Assembly: GCA_026421205.1 (NCBI GenBank) | Contig: JAPKBM010000001.1 | Coordinates: 72,272-136,271 of the forward strand | Length of the DNA stretch: 64,000 bases | Reading direction: 5' to 3' | Origin: Planctomycetota bacterium | GTDB taxonomy: Bacteria; Planctomycetota; UBA1135 | Part shown: positions 19,862 to 29,503 of the stretch, in pieces | How the letters are laid out: every line of letters begins with the position of its first letter | Position numbering within the stretch: the first letter of the stretch is position 1 | Program-made: the position numbers and the translations under genes | The notes under the pieces: generated by a model | The model's input: only the letters and a program-made list of their open reading frames with translations | Database searches by the model: none | What the model was told of the DNA's origin: nothing

Positions 19862-20487
19862 GGCAAAAGAACCTCTTCAAGGTGGGCAAAAAAAACATCT
19901 TTCACTTCAGCAAGAGAGGGCGCCGACCCAAGCTGTTCCTCCAGTGATGTCATGACGTCAGGCTCAAGGCCACATGGATGAAACTGACGAAACCAAGATA
20001 GGTCAGTGGTGACGTTCAAAGAAACTCCGTGGTAAGTCACCCACTTGCGTACAGCAACACCGACGGCTCCAATCTTTTTTCCCCCCACCCAGCAACCGGT
20101 ATTCCGTTCATCCCGGCCACCCTTTAAACCAAAGGTCTCCACCGTTTGAATCAGCGCAGTCTCTAAAGAATATAAATAAGCATGCAAATCTCTTGCATCG
20201 GGCGCTAAATGAATCAATGGATAAGCGACCATTTGTCCTAAACCATGAAATGTTGCCTTTCCACCCCGAGAAACCTCTTGTACTGGAATCTTTAAATGCG
20301 CGAAATCCGCCGCCGCGCCGGCACGACCCACAGTAATGATGGGTTCCAACTCACAAAATAACACTTGATCCGTTGCCTCACCCCGAGCAATTTTCTCCAC
20401 CCGGTCTATCATGATTTGTTCCGCCTCAGAGTGACTTAGCCGACCGAGGTCAACCGCATCCAAACGAGGCGACTCCCTCAAGCGCAT
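19852..20487 (-). CDS. lipB: Lipoyl(octanoyl) transferase
   Basis: RGGKATFHGLGQMVAYP, KIGAVG, HGVSLN, PCG. Confidence 0.93.
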   Translation of the reverse strand: MRLRESPRLDAVDLGRLSHSEAEQIMIDRVEKIARGEATDQVLFCELEPIITVGRAGAAADFAHLKIPVQEVSRGGKATFHGLGQMVAYPLIHLAPDARDLHAYLYSLETALIQTVETFGLKGGRDERNTGCWVGGKKIGAVGVAVRKWVTYHGVSLNVTTDLSWFRQFHPCGLEPDVMTSLEEQLGSAPSLAEVKDVFFAHLEEVLLPCR

Positions 20488-21887
20488 TATTTCGCGGAGT
20501 GAATGCACAAGTTGTGCACATCCTCACACGCTTCCATAAATACTTCGGACAACGTCGGGTGCGGATGAATCGTCAAGGTGATGTCTTCCGAGGTCAACCC
20601 CGCCTCAATGGCAATGGCTGCTTCAGAAATCATGTCCGTTACATTCGGGCCAACCATATGCACTCCCAACAAGGTGTCATCACTGGCGCGCGTCACCACT
20701 TTGACTAAACCATCACTGGCTTGTATGGACATCGCGCGGCCATTCGCCGCGAAGTTGAAACGGCCAATTTTGACATCAATGCCCTTCTCAATAGCCTCAG
20801 CTTCTGTCATGCCAACCATGGCCACTTCTGGGTCTGTGAAAATAACGGCTGGAACCACTTGCGCATCCCAAGCAGCGCCGCCCTGCCCCAAAATAGCGGA
20901 AGCTACAACCAAACCCTGCGCGGACCCTTTATGCGCCAACATTGGCCCCGTAGTGGCATCCCCAACGGCATAGATATGTGGAATACTCGTTTGGCATTGT
21001 GAGTCCACGCCAATAAACCCTCGGGAATCCACCTTCACGCCACAAATGTCCAAGTTCAAATGCTCCGTGCGTGGGCGCCGACCCGTAGCCAATAGAATCT
21101 TATCCGCAGAAAACTCTCGGGTTTTCCCAGAAATCTCTACCGCAACGCTCAAGCCATCACCCAAGGGCTTCCAGCTTTTTGCGGAAGCAGAAACATGAAT
21201 CTTCACGCCAAGCTTCTTCGCTTTTCGCTGCACTACTTTGACCAATTCTGGGTCTACCCCAGGAAGGATTTGGTCCGCGTATTCAATGACGGTGACTTTA
21301 GTGCCAACTTGTGCATAAAAAGAGCCCATCTCCATGCCAATAACACCGCCCCCAATCACAATCATCTCTTTCGGCAAGGTCTCCGGCGAAAGAGCTTCTG
21401 CACTTGACCAAATGTGCTCGCCAAACTCAAAGCCAGGGATTCCTGCAGGGATCGAACCGCTTGCAATAACAATATCTCGGGCTTTGACCACAACAAGGCC
21501 GTCAGCAGTTTCCACCTCAACCGTGTTTGCGTCTTTCACACGGGCTGACCCTTTGAGCCATTCGACTCCACGTTTTTCAAACAACATACCGATGCCACCC
21601 GTCAGTCGCGTGACAATGGAATCTTTCCAAGCAATGAGCTTGCTCAGATCAAGGGTTGGTGTGTCCACGGTAAAGCCCATGGCCGAGGCGTGCTCCGCAT
21701 GCTCCATGAAGTGCCCAGCGGAAATCAAAGCCTTCGAGGGAATGCAGCCAACATTTAAACAAGTTCCTCCCAAGTTCCCCTCTTCCACACAAATCACTTT
21801 CCGGCCGAGTTGCCCCAAACGAATAGCGCACACATAGCCCGCGGGGCCTGCCCCAATGACGACAACATCAGTGTTTTTCTCAGACAT
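20487..21887 (-). CDS. lpdA: Dihydrolipoyl dehydrogenase (E3)
   Basis: GAGPAG, GGTCLNVGCIPSK, GGGVIG, HPHPTLSE. Confidence 0.97.
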   Translation of the reverse strand: MSEKNTDVVVIGAGPAGYVCAIRLGQLGRKVICVEEGNLGGTCLNVGCIPSKALISAGHFMEHAEHASAMGFTVDTPTLDLSKLIAWKDSIVTRLTGGIGMLFEKRGVEWLKGSARVKDANTVEVETADGLVVVKARDIVIASGSIPAGIPGFEFGEHIWSSAEALSPETLPKEMIVIGGGVIGMEMGSFYAQVGTKVTVIEYADQILPGVDPELVKVVQRKAKKLGVKIHVSASAKSWKPLGDGLSVAVEISGKTREFSADKILLATGRRPRTEHLNLDICGVKVDSRGFIGVDSQCQTSIPHIYAVGDATTGPMLAHKGSAQGLVVASAILGQGGAAWDAQVVPAVIFTDPEVAMVGMTEAEAIEKGIDVKIGRFNFAANGRAMSIQASDGLVKVVTRASDDTLLGVHMVGPNVTDMISEAAIAIEAGLTSEDITLTIHPHPTLSEVFMEACEDVHNLCIHSAK

Positions 21888-21945
21888 GAACGAAGAATGA
21901 TACCACGGCCGCCTCTTTTGAATCTTCCGATACGGCCGGTAGCCC

Positions 21946-23097
21946 CTAAAGCGGGAACTTACCCTCAACGGCATCGGCGGCGCCTTTTTCTTCGACTAAG
22001 CGCAATGCGTCTACGACCTGACCGAGCAAGTGACGCGGCGGAATCTCAAAGACGTCCTCCACCAAAGAAGCAAGAGGTGGGGGCCCAACTTGTTCGGCAT
22101 GCTGAACAGCATTTTTTATAACCTCAAGAATTTCCTGCTCCATCGAAGCGCGTGAGCGATCATCAAGCACACCAATGCTCTGCAGGAATCGCTCCATCCT
22201 AGGCAACGGATCCTTGGACTCCCAATAACGCACCTCCTCCGCGCTTCGGTATCGCTCTGGATCATCGGAACTGGAGTGACCACCCATTCGGTAGGTGCGC
22301 AAGGCAACAAGCGAAGGGCCATCTCCAGCTCGAGCTCGGTCAACCGCTTCTTGCGTGGCTTGCAATGCGGCCAATGGATCATTCCCGTCTACATCCACAC
22401 CTGGCATGCCATAGGCCTGTGCTTTTGCTCCGTAAGACTGAGATGCCGTTTGTTTTGAGCTTGGAACAGAAATAGCCCAGCCGTTATCCACCACAACAAA
22501 GACCACAGGCGCTTGACGGACGGCAGCAAAATTCAATGCGGAGTGGAAGCCGCAAGAACTCGTAGCCCCATCTCCCGTATAAGCCCCCACAACTGATTTT
22601 TCCCCACGGGCCTTCATGGCTAACGCAACGCCAACCGCATGCGGCATCTGCGTACCAAGCACACTAGACCAAGAAGGAAAATTGACATCTTTACATTGAA
22701 AGTGGTTCGGCATTTGCCGGCCCTTTGCCGTGTCCTCTGCATTGCCAAACATATGTGCAACATATTCCTGCACGGGCATGCCCCGCTGAAGAGCCACTCC
22801 TCCTTCACGTAAAGCACTAAAAAACCAATCCTCTTTTTGAAAGGCCGCTGCGCTTCCATGAATCGCGCCCTCTTGTCCTGCGGAAGTACCCACAAAAGCG
22901 ACTCGCCCCTGACGCTGTAATTTCAACATCCTGTCATCCATAAACCGCGTCGTCAACATAGCACGAAAAATCGACAGAAGCTCCTTGTCTGAAGGGAAAA
23001 TCTCGCGGGGGATACCAGGCAATAAACCTTCGCCAGAGCCTGTCAATACCTTTCGCAATGGAAAGGTCCCTGGGTCCAACTTCCGTAACGGAGTCAT
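21946..23097 (-). CDS. 2-oxoacid dehydrogenase E1 alpha subunit, second paralogue
   Basis: LQRQGR, GRQMPNH, GDGATS..DN TPP motif, GHSSSDDP. Confidence 0.92.
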   Translation of the reverse strand: MTPLRKLDPGTFPLRKVLTGSGEGLLPGIPREIFPSDKELLSIFRAMLTTRFMDDRMLKLQRQGRVAFVGTSAGQEGAIHGSAAAFQKEDWFFSALREGGVALQRGMPVQEYVAHMFGNAEDTAKGRQMPNHFQCKDVNFPSWSSVLGTQMPHAVGVALAMKARGEKSVVGAYTGDGATSSCGFHSALNFAAVRQAPVVFVVVDNGWAISVPSSKQTASQSYGAKAQAYGMPGVDVDGNDPLAALQATQEAVDRARAGDGPSLVALRTYRMGGHSSSDDPERYRSAEEVRYWESKDPLPRMERFLQSIGVLDDRSRASMEQEILEVIKNAVQHAEQVGPPPLASLVEDVFEIPPRHLLGQVVDALRLVEEKGAADAVEGKFPL

Positions 23098-24369
23098 TTA
23101 TAGAAGCATCAATGCAGGATCTTCCAACAACTCTCTCATTCTTACCATAAAACGGGCGCCATCAGCACCGTCAACCAAACGGTGGTCAATGCTAATGGAC
23201 AAGTTCATAATTTGGCGAGCCACAATGTCATCCCCAATGCATCGCGGCATCTTGCGCATAGAGTGCACACCCATAATGGCCACTTCGGGGAAGTTGATAA
23301 TGGGTGTTGCCAAAATCCCACCAATGTTTCCGGCATTTGAAATGGTGAACGTGGACCCCTGAAAGTCTTCGGCCTTTGCCTTGCCCTCACGCGCACGACC
23401 GGCAACTTCGGCCAATTCCGCCGAAATCTGAAGAAGCCCTTTCAAGTGAACATCTTTGACAACCGGGACCATCAAGCCGTTCGGCGTGTCCACAGCAATG
23501 CCAAGGTTGACGTATTTTTTCACGACGACTTCTTGTGCCTCTTCATCCAACATTGCGTTGAGCTGAGGATACTCCATCAGGGCTATTGCCGCCGCCTTCA
23601 TGATGTATGGCATGTAAGTCACTTTAATTCCATACTTTTCCGACGCCACCTTTGCACGATTTCGGATATCCACCAAGTCAGTACAGTCCACCTCTTCAAT
23701 CAAAGAAAAGTGAGGCGCCGTGAACTTGGATCGAGACATGGCCTCCGCTGTTTTCCGACGGATTCCACGAAACGGCGTACGCTCTTCTTCATGCGCTCCT
23801 GAGGTTGCTGCAAACGTAGGAACAACAGCCGCCGGAGCAGTTGGAGCCGTTGGAGTGGTCGGAACAGCGGGAGGCGCACTTTGCTGAGTGCGAACATCTT
23901 CAGGACGAATTCGCCCATTCGGGCCACTACCACGAATTGTAGTCAGGTCAACACCCAGCTCACGAGCTAAACGTCGCGTTGCCGGCGCGGCCAACACCTT
24001 CCCATCTTCACGCCGAGTGACGGCCGGCAGATCGGCTGGCGCAGTCTTTTCCACAACGACCGGAGCGGAAACAGGCTTCTCTTCTTCCGCCACTTCGGGC
24101 GCCGAAGAAGGAGAATCCGCAACGGCCCCATCAGAAGAAATAATGAAAATAACATCGCCCACATTGGCAACTTCACCTGCGCCGAAAAGATGCTTAGCAA
24201 TCACTCCGGTTCCAGGTGATGGGATTTCTACCGTTGCCTTATCCGTCATGATTTCAACCACGGGATCATCTTCGGCAACGGCGCCGCCTTCAGGAATCAG
24301 CCATTGAACGATTTCACCTTCGTGAACGCCCTCGCCAATATCAGGTAATGGAAACTCAAGATTCGACAT
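23098..24369 (-). CDS. Dihydrolipoamide acyltransferase (E2)
   Basis: Single lipoyl domain TDKA, E3-binding APATRRLARE, DHRLVDG. Confidence 0.95.
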   Translation of the reverse strand: MSNLEFPLPDIGEGVHEGEIVQWLIPEGGAVAEDDPVVEIMTDKATVEIPSPGTGVIAKHLFGAGEVANVGDVIFIISSDGAVADSPSSAPEVAEEEKPVSAPVVVEKTAPADLPAVTRREDGKVLAAPATRRLARELGVDLTTIRGSGPNGRIRPEDVRTQQSAPPAVPTTPTAPTAPAAVVPTFAATSGAHEEERTPFRGIRRKTAEAMSRSKFTAPHFSLIEEVDCTDLVDIRNRAKVASEKYGIKVTYMPYIMKAAAIALMEYPQLNAMLDEEAQEVVVKKYVNLGIAVDTPNGLMVPVVKDVHLKGLLQISAELAEVAGRAREGKAKAEDFQGSTFTISNAGNIGGILATPIINFPEVAIMGVHSMRKMPRCIGDDIVARQIMNLSISIDHRLVDGADGARFMVRMRELLEDPALMLL

Positions 24370-24377
24370 GGTAACTC

Positions 24378-25355
24378 CTAGTAATCAAGGACTTGTTCAA
24401 TGGCGTCTACAACGCGACGCGCATCGGGAATGTAGTAATTTTCTAGCGTATTGGGAAACGGGGTATCAAAACCCGTCACACGTTGAATCGGGGCCTCCAA
24501 AGAGTCCACCGCGTTTTCTGCAAGAATTGCGGAAATTTCAGATGCGTAGCCACAAAAACGTGGTGCCTCTTGGACCACGACCACACGACCACATTCTCTT
24601 GTGGCTTGAATCACCGCCTCTTCATCCAAAGGCATCAAGGTGCGCAAATCTACAACACGAATGGATTTTCCACGGGATTCACTCACGCGCTCTGCCGCCG
24701 TTTTGCAAACCGGAACCATGGCGCCCCAGCAATAAACCACACAATCTTCCCCCTCAACCACGGTTGCGGTTGTAGAAAGCGGCACCGTATAAAGTCCATC
24801 CGGAACCTCTTGACGAAAGGCCCGGTACAAAGCTTTCGGCTCCATAAACAAAACCGGGTCAGGGTCTTGAATGGCGGCAATCAAGAGACCCTTTGCATCA
24901 TAAGGATTACTAGGAATCACAACTTTTAAACCCGGCGTATGTGCAAAGTAGGCCTCGCCAGACTGTGAATGATAAAGACCGCCGCGAATACCCCCGCCGT
25001 AAGGAGTCCGAATAACCATCGGCACGGTGTACTGACCACCCGAGCGATATCGCATCTTTGCCGCCTCGCTCACAATTTGATCGAAAGCAGGGAAGATGAA
25101 ATCTTGGAATTGGATTTCACAAACAGGTTTCATACCGTTCATGGCCATGCCAATGCCAACACCGACAATCCCGTCTTCGGAAAGAGGCGTATCGAAACAG
25201 CGGTCTTCACCAAACTCAGCATGAAGGCCATCCGTTGCTAAGAAAACGCCCCCCTTTGGGCCGACATCTTGGCCCAAAACAAGAACACTTTCGTCCTCTT
25301 TCATCGCAACACGCAATCCGTCATTGACGGCCTGAACAAGTGTCAATTCACTCAC
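24378..25355 (-). CDS. 2-oxoacid dehydrogenase E1 beta subunit
   Basis: DTPLSE, EIQF, GGLYHSQS, VDLRTL; GTG start in GTGA overlap. Confidence 0.95.
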   Translation of the reverse strand: MSELTLVQAVNDGLRVAMKEDESVLVLGQDVGPKGGVFLATDGLHAEFGEDRCFDTPLSEDGIVGVGIGMAMNGMKPVCEIQFQDFIFPAFDQIVSEAAKMRYRSGGQYTVPMVIRTPYGGGIRGGLYHSQSGEAYFAHTPGLKVVIPSNPYDAKGLLIAAIQDPDPVLFMEPKALYRAFRQEVPDGLYTVPLSTTATVVEGEDCVVYCWGAMVPVCKTAAERVSESRGKSIRVVDLRTLMPLDEEAVIQATRECGRVVVVQEAPRFCGYASEISAILAENAVDSLEAPIQRVTGFDTPFPNTLENYYIPDARRVVDAIEQVLDY

Positions 25356-26467
25356 AGCGGGAACTCCCCCTTTTCGTTGACTCCCTCGCCGCGCGAGGAG
25401 TAATGGTCTACACAAAATGCACTTTGTTTTTTCAAGTGAGCTGGAGTTTCCTCGAACACGTCTTCAAAAACACTGGTTAGCACGGGAACGGGCTTGGCCT
25501 CTGCAGCGCGAGCCGCCGTTAACATTTCATCCTTCGCTTCCTCCCTGAGAGTAGCATCGGCGGCCTCATTCAAAATTCCTTCGGCGTGCAAAAATGCCGA
25601 GAATCTGACAATAGGATCTCTCTGCTCCCAATAAGTAACCAATTCCGGGTCCACATATTTCGTGGGATCATCCGAAGTAGAGTGCCCCCCCATGCGAAAC
25701 GTCACAGCCTCAATCAGCGTTGGGCCGTCCCCCGCCCGGGCACGCTTCACTGCTTGGGAAACTGCGCGGTACATTGCAAGAACATCATTGCCATCCACAC
25801 GGACACCCGGAACTCCATAGGCTTCTCCCTTGATGGCATAGGAGGAGCTCTTTGTTTGCTGCTCTGATGGGCAAGAAATTGCCCATTGGTTGTTTTGGCA
25901 AAGAAACACCGTCGGGGAATTAAAAACGCCGGCCCAATTCATCCCAGAATGAAATCCGGAAGCACTTGTGGACCCATCTCCAAAAGTCGTCAGCACAGCT
26001 CCGTCTTCTCCTCTTGTTTTCATGGCCATTGCAATGCCAACCGCTTGCGGAACTTGTGTCCCCAAGGGAGAAGAGATTGATAAGAAGTTGAGCGGTTTAC
26101 GAAATGAAAAATGCACTGGCATTTGACGCCCAACCGCAGAATCCGCTTCATTACCGAACATCGTGTCCATCATCCGCTCTGGAGAAACCCCATGGTAAAG
26201 CATGATGCCAAAATCACGGTAGTGCGGAGCAACCCAGTCTTTCGAAATATCAAGGGCGGCGGCGGCGCCAACAGAGACGGCCTCAATACCTCGGTTCGGA
26301 ACAGAGAACCCAACTTTCCCTGTACGCTGCAATTTCATGCACCGGTCATCAAATGCACGCGTGCGCACCATGGCTCGATACATATTCAAAAAAACTTCTT
26401 TTTTCACACGAGGGACCGTGCCTACTTTGTTTCCCTCTCGATCAATAATTTGCAGGAGATCACTCAT
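25352..26467 (-). CDS. 2-oxoacid (branched-chain/pyruvate type) dehydrogenase E1 alpha subunit
   Basis: GRQMPVH, FGDGSTS..NN, GHSTSDDP. Confidence 0.93.
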   Translation of the reverse strand: MSDLLQIIDREGNKVGTVPRVKKEVFLNMYRAMVRTRAFDDRCMKLQRTGKVGFSVPNRGIEAVSVGAAAALDISKDWVAPHYRDFGIMLYHGVSPERMMDTMFGNEADSAVGRQMPVHFSFRKPLNFLSISSPLGTQVPQAVGIAMAMKTRGEDGAVLTTFGDGSTSASGFHSGMNWAGVFNSPTVFLCQNNQWAISCPSEQQTKSSSYAIKGEAYGVPGVRVDGNDVLAMYRAVSQAVKRARAGDGPTLIEAVTFRMGGHSTSDDPTKYVDPELVTYWEQRDPIVRFSAFLHAEGILNEAADATLREEAKDEMLTAARAAEAKPVPVLTSVFEDVFEETPAHLKKQSAFCVDHYSSRGEGVNEKGEFPL

Positions 26468-26470
26468 GGA

Positions 26471-27346
26471 TTAAACGACTAATCGACTCTCTAGGTAATG
26501 CTCTGCGGCACGGTAGGAAGATCGGACGAGTGGCCCAGAAGCACAAAAAGAAAAACCAAATTCATCTTCCGCAACCAACTTCCATTCTTGAAATTCTTCC
26601 GGGGTGCAATATCGTACCACCGACAAATGCCGAGACGTGGGTTGAAGATATTGACCCAGTGTCAAAATCTCAACGTCGGCCTGGCGAAGGTCGGCCATGG
26701 CTTGACGGATTTCTGCCGACGTTTCGCCAAGGCCCAGCATTAATGAGGACTTCGTCACAAGATCCGCCTTCATCCTTTTCGCCATTTTCAAAACACGAAG
26801 GGACTGTTCATAAGTGGCGCGCACATCACGTACAGTTCGGTGCAGGCTCTCGACCGTTTCCAAATTATGCCCGAAGACATCCAGCCCTGATTCCACCAAA
26901 GTACGGACACATTCTTCTCGCCCCTGAAAATCTGGGACTAACGCCTCCACGAGCAAGTCGGGACGACGCTCCTTCAGAAGAGCAATCGTTTTAGCATAGT
27001 GGCCAGCGCCAAGATCGGGCAAGTCGTCACGATCTACACTGGTTAACACCAAGTATTTCAGTGCCTTAATTTCTGCTCCTGACGCTACTTTTTCGGGCTC
27101 TTGCAAATCCAGCCAGCCATGTGGGTCGCCGGACTTAACAGCACAAAAGCGACAGCCTCTTGTACACACATCCCCCATCAACATGATAGTGGCTGTCCCT
27201 TCATTCCAACACTCTCCCTGGTTGGGGCACCGCGCCTCTTCGCACACGGTATACAGCCCACGCTCCCGCAAAGACTTGCGCAAAGAAGAGACTGCCTCTC
27301 CGGAAGGGAGACGCATCTTTAGCCAGGGAGGTTTTGGTGAAGCCAT
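26471..27346 (-). CDS. lipA: Lipoyl synthase
   Basis: CEEARCPNQGEC, CTRGCRFC, RSSY; alternative TTG start at 27370. Confidence 0.97.
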   Translation of the reverse strand: MASPKPPWLKMRLPSGEAVSSLRKSLRERGLYTVCEEARCPNQGECWNEGTATIMLMGDVCTRGCRFCAVKSGDPHGWLDLQEPEKVASGAEIKALKYLVLTSVDRDDLPDLGAGHYAKTIALLKERRPDLLVEALVPDFQGREECVRTLVESGLDVFGHNLETVESLHRTVRDVRATYEQSLRVLKMAKRMKADLVTKSSLMLGLGETSAEIRQAMADLRQADVEILTLGQYLQPTSRHLSVVRYCTPEEFQEWKLVAEDEFGFSFCASGPLVRSSYRAAEHYLESRLVV

Positions 27347-27432
27347 GAAGGTGGGATTCACATGAATCAAGCGCGAATTATACGTACGCCAAACCACTCT
27401 CGCTGAACGCCTCCTCGTAGGATGAACCTTCC

Positions 27433-29361
27433 ATGGACGTCATCCCTCCCGGCTCTCGCCTCAAAACCCTTCAAGTCACTTTTGGGGGGGCGGCGATTTC
27501 CGCTTTGACCCTTTCTCTTTGGCCCTGGCTTACCCTGTATGACCCCGGCACAGTCACCGACCACCTGACTCGCGCCGTGACTCTTACCATTGTCGGCGCC
27601 ATCGGCTGGTTCACTTTTGGGGCAAGTCTCAAAAACTCCCGCTGGTCAAAAATCGGGGCGTGGCTTTTTGTTGCAATCGCTGCATGGGGTGTCTTGGAAG
27701 GGGTGGCGTCGGCCGGCGAATTGGCCAATCGAAAGCTCTTTCGTGGCAGTACTTCTGCACCATTTCTCCTCACTCTCTTTCAACTCGACGAACCACTCTC
27801 CGAGAAGCATTTTGCCTGGGTTCCTTACCTCACCTTGACCATGGCGGCCGTTCCTGCACTTTGCATGGGCGCCGCCAGCCGACTCTTTCTCAGCAAGAGT
27901 GGAAGCACCAAGAAAATGCCCCATTCCCGCTGGTGGACTCCCATCGCATTCACCTTGGGTCTCTTGATCTGGCCCCTGGATACTTGGGCAACACAACGGC
28001 CCCATCCATTCCAAAACTGGCTCCCTGAAATTGCATCGGGCCATCCTTTCCATGAGTTCTTTCGCTACCAAGTAGTCGAGAACAATCGCCAAGAATTCGG
28101 ACAACGCATTGTGAACGGACAAGTTCTCCGCGTTATGGAGCGAGACTCCTCCCCTGCCCTAGGGAAATGGCACTTTGCTGCTGGTCGGGAAATCCTCACC
28201 ACAGACGTCAAGGACGCCGACGGCCTCCGTGTCTCCGCGCTCTTCTCTCTTTCTCTCGCCGATGCCCCCCGGACAGCCCTCATTGCAGGATTTCCTGAAC
28301 CGGCCATGGCTCAAGAGCTCCAAAGAAGTGGGGTGTCCGCGATGGACTTGGCTTCGGGTCCGCAAGAGGTTGTGGATCTTGACTGGCTCTTCAACCCGAA
28401 TTGGGCAGGAATCCCCATCCGCAGTTTCTTCGACATTAAAGAACTCAACCCGAGCACCTATGACCTGGTCCTCTATGCGCCTGCAGCTCCATGGCGACTT
28501 GGAGCGAATCCTGCCCGAGCAGGAATCTTTCAAGAGCTTGCGGAAAGTCTTTGCCCACAAGGAGTTGCGGCTTTTTTCCTTCCTGCTTCATCCCTGCCCG
28601 CACAGGAAATTGAGGGACTTTGGAAGCATTTCCAAGGGGCCTTTCAGGGCAAAGGAACCTCAAGGGCATGGATCCTCCCCCGTGGCCTCCAAACTCCGCG
28701 AATTATTTTTACGTCTAGTTCAGAAGACCTTCCAGAGCAGCTCCCCAAGCTTGTTTCCATCGGCCTACAGGCCGCCGGCTTCCCCTTGTCCTACCCAAGC
28801 GATCTTTCCCTCCTCCAGATACCAACCACAAAGGCTTTTAAGGAGCCGTCCGAATCTGCTCTCTTCCCTTGGAGCCGATTGCGTGCACGCCAAACCCATG
28901 GGGTGCAAGAGGAAATTTTGGCCGCCGAAGCCCTTGCCGTTCTCCCCCAGACCCCTATTTCTTTGGCGCTTACAGGGCATTTGGCCTCCCAACAATGGAC
29001 TTTGCCAGACTCTCAGTTTACCTCTGAATTGACCCAAATGGATCTCACCTGGGAAACCACCCAGAGCTTCCTTCAGCTCGCCCGCCAATACCCACATTCT
29101 CAACTTATCCAACGGCTTTGGATGGATTTAGCACAAGCTCTTGTGGAAAAAAGAGAGGTGGAATGGGCCGACGCCACCCTACCTATTTTGGTGGAAGAGC
29201 TCGGCTGGAGGCACCCTATTTTTCTCTGGGCAGCGGGAAGAACAGCCCTTGAGGTTATGGAGCCCGAACAAGCACTTGAATACGCCGAAGAAATCCTCCG
29301 ACAAAAGCCCGAAATGCTTAAAGCACAAGCACTTAGAGAGGAGGCCCTAAGGGCACAATAA
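27433..29361 (+). CDS. Membrane protein with degenerate spermidine-synthase/SAM-MTase-like domain and C-terminal TPR-like helices
   Basis: About 5 N-terminal TM helices; YDLVLYAPAAPW and FQELAESLCPQGVAAFFLP resemble fused spermidine-synthase-like proteins. Confidence 0.45.
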   Translation: MDVIPPGSRLKTLQVTFGGAAISALTLSLWPWLTLYDPGTVTDHLTRAVTLTIVGAIGWFTFGASLKNSRWSKIGAWLFVAIAAWGVLEGVASAGELANRKLFRGSTSAPFLLTLFQLDEPLSEKHFAWVPYLTLTMAAVPALCMGAASRLFLSKSGSTKKMPHSRWWTPIAFTLGLLIWPLDTWATQRPHPFQNWLPEIASGHPFHEFFRYQVVENNRQEFGQRIVNGQVLRVMERDSSPALGKWHFAAGREILTTDVKDADGLRVSALFSLSLADAPRTALIAGFPEPAMAQELQRSGVSAMDLASGPQEVVDLDWLFNPNWAGIPIRSFFDIKELNPSTYDLVLYAPAAPWRLGANPARAGIFQELAESLCPQGVAAFFLPASSLPAQEIEGLWKHFQGAFQGKGTSRAWILPRGLQTPRIIFTSSSEDLPEQLPKLVSIGLQAAGFPLSYPSDLSLLQIPTTKAFKEPSESALFPWSRLRARQTHGVQEEILAAEALAVLPQTPISLALTGHLASQQWTLPDSQFTSELTQMDLTWETTQSFLQLARQYPHSQLIQRLWMDLAQALVEKREVEWADATLPILVEELGWRHPIFLWAAGRTALEVMEPEQALEYAEEILRQKPEMLKAQALREEALRAQ

Positions 29362-29503
29362 AGGCCCTCATCTCCGCCTAATTTCCTTAAATTTTCTAGA
29401 GTTCTTCTATCTTGGATTTAAAGAACTTGTATGCTTGAAGCAGGGCAACCGGTTTGGACATCCCCATTCCCCATTCGGCCCTTTCTCATTACTCATTTCC
29501 CCC

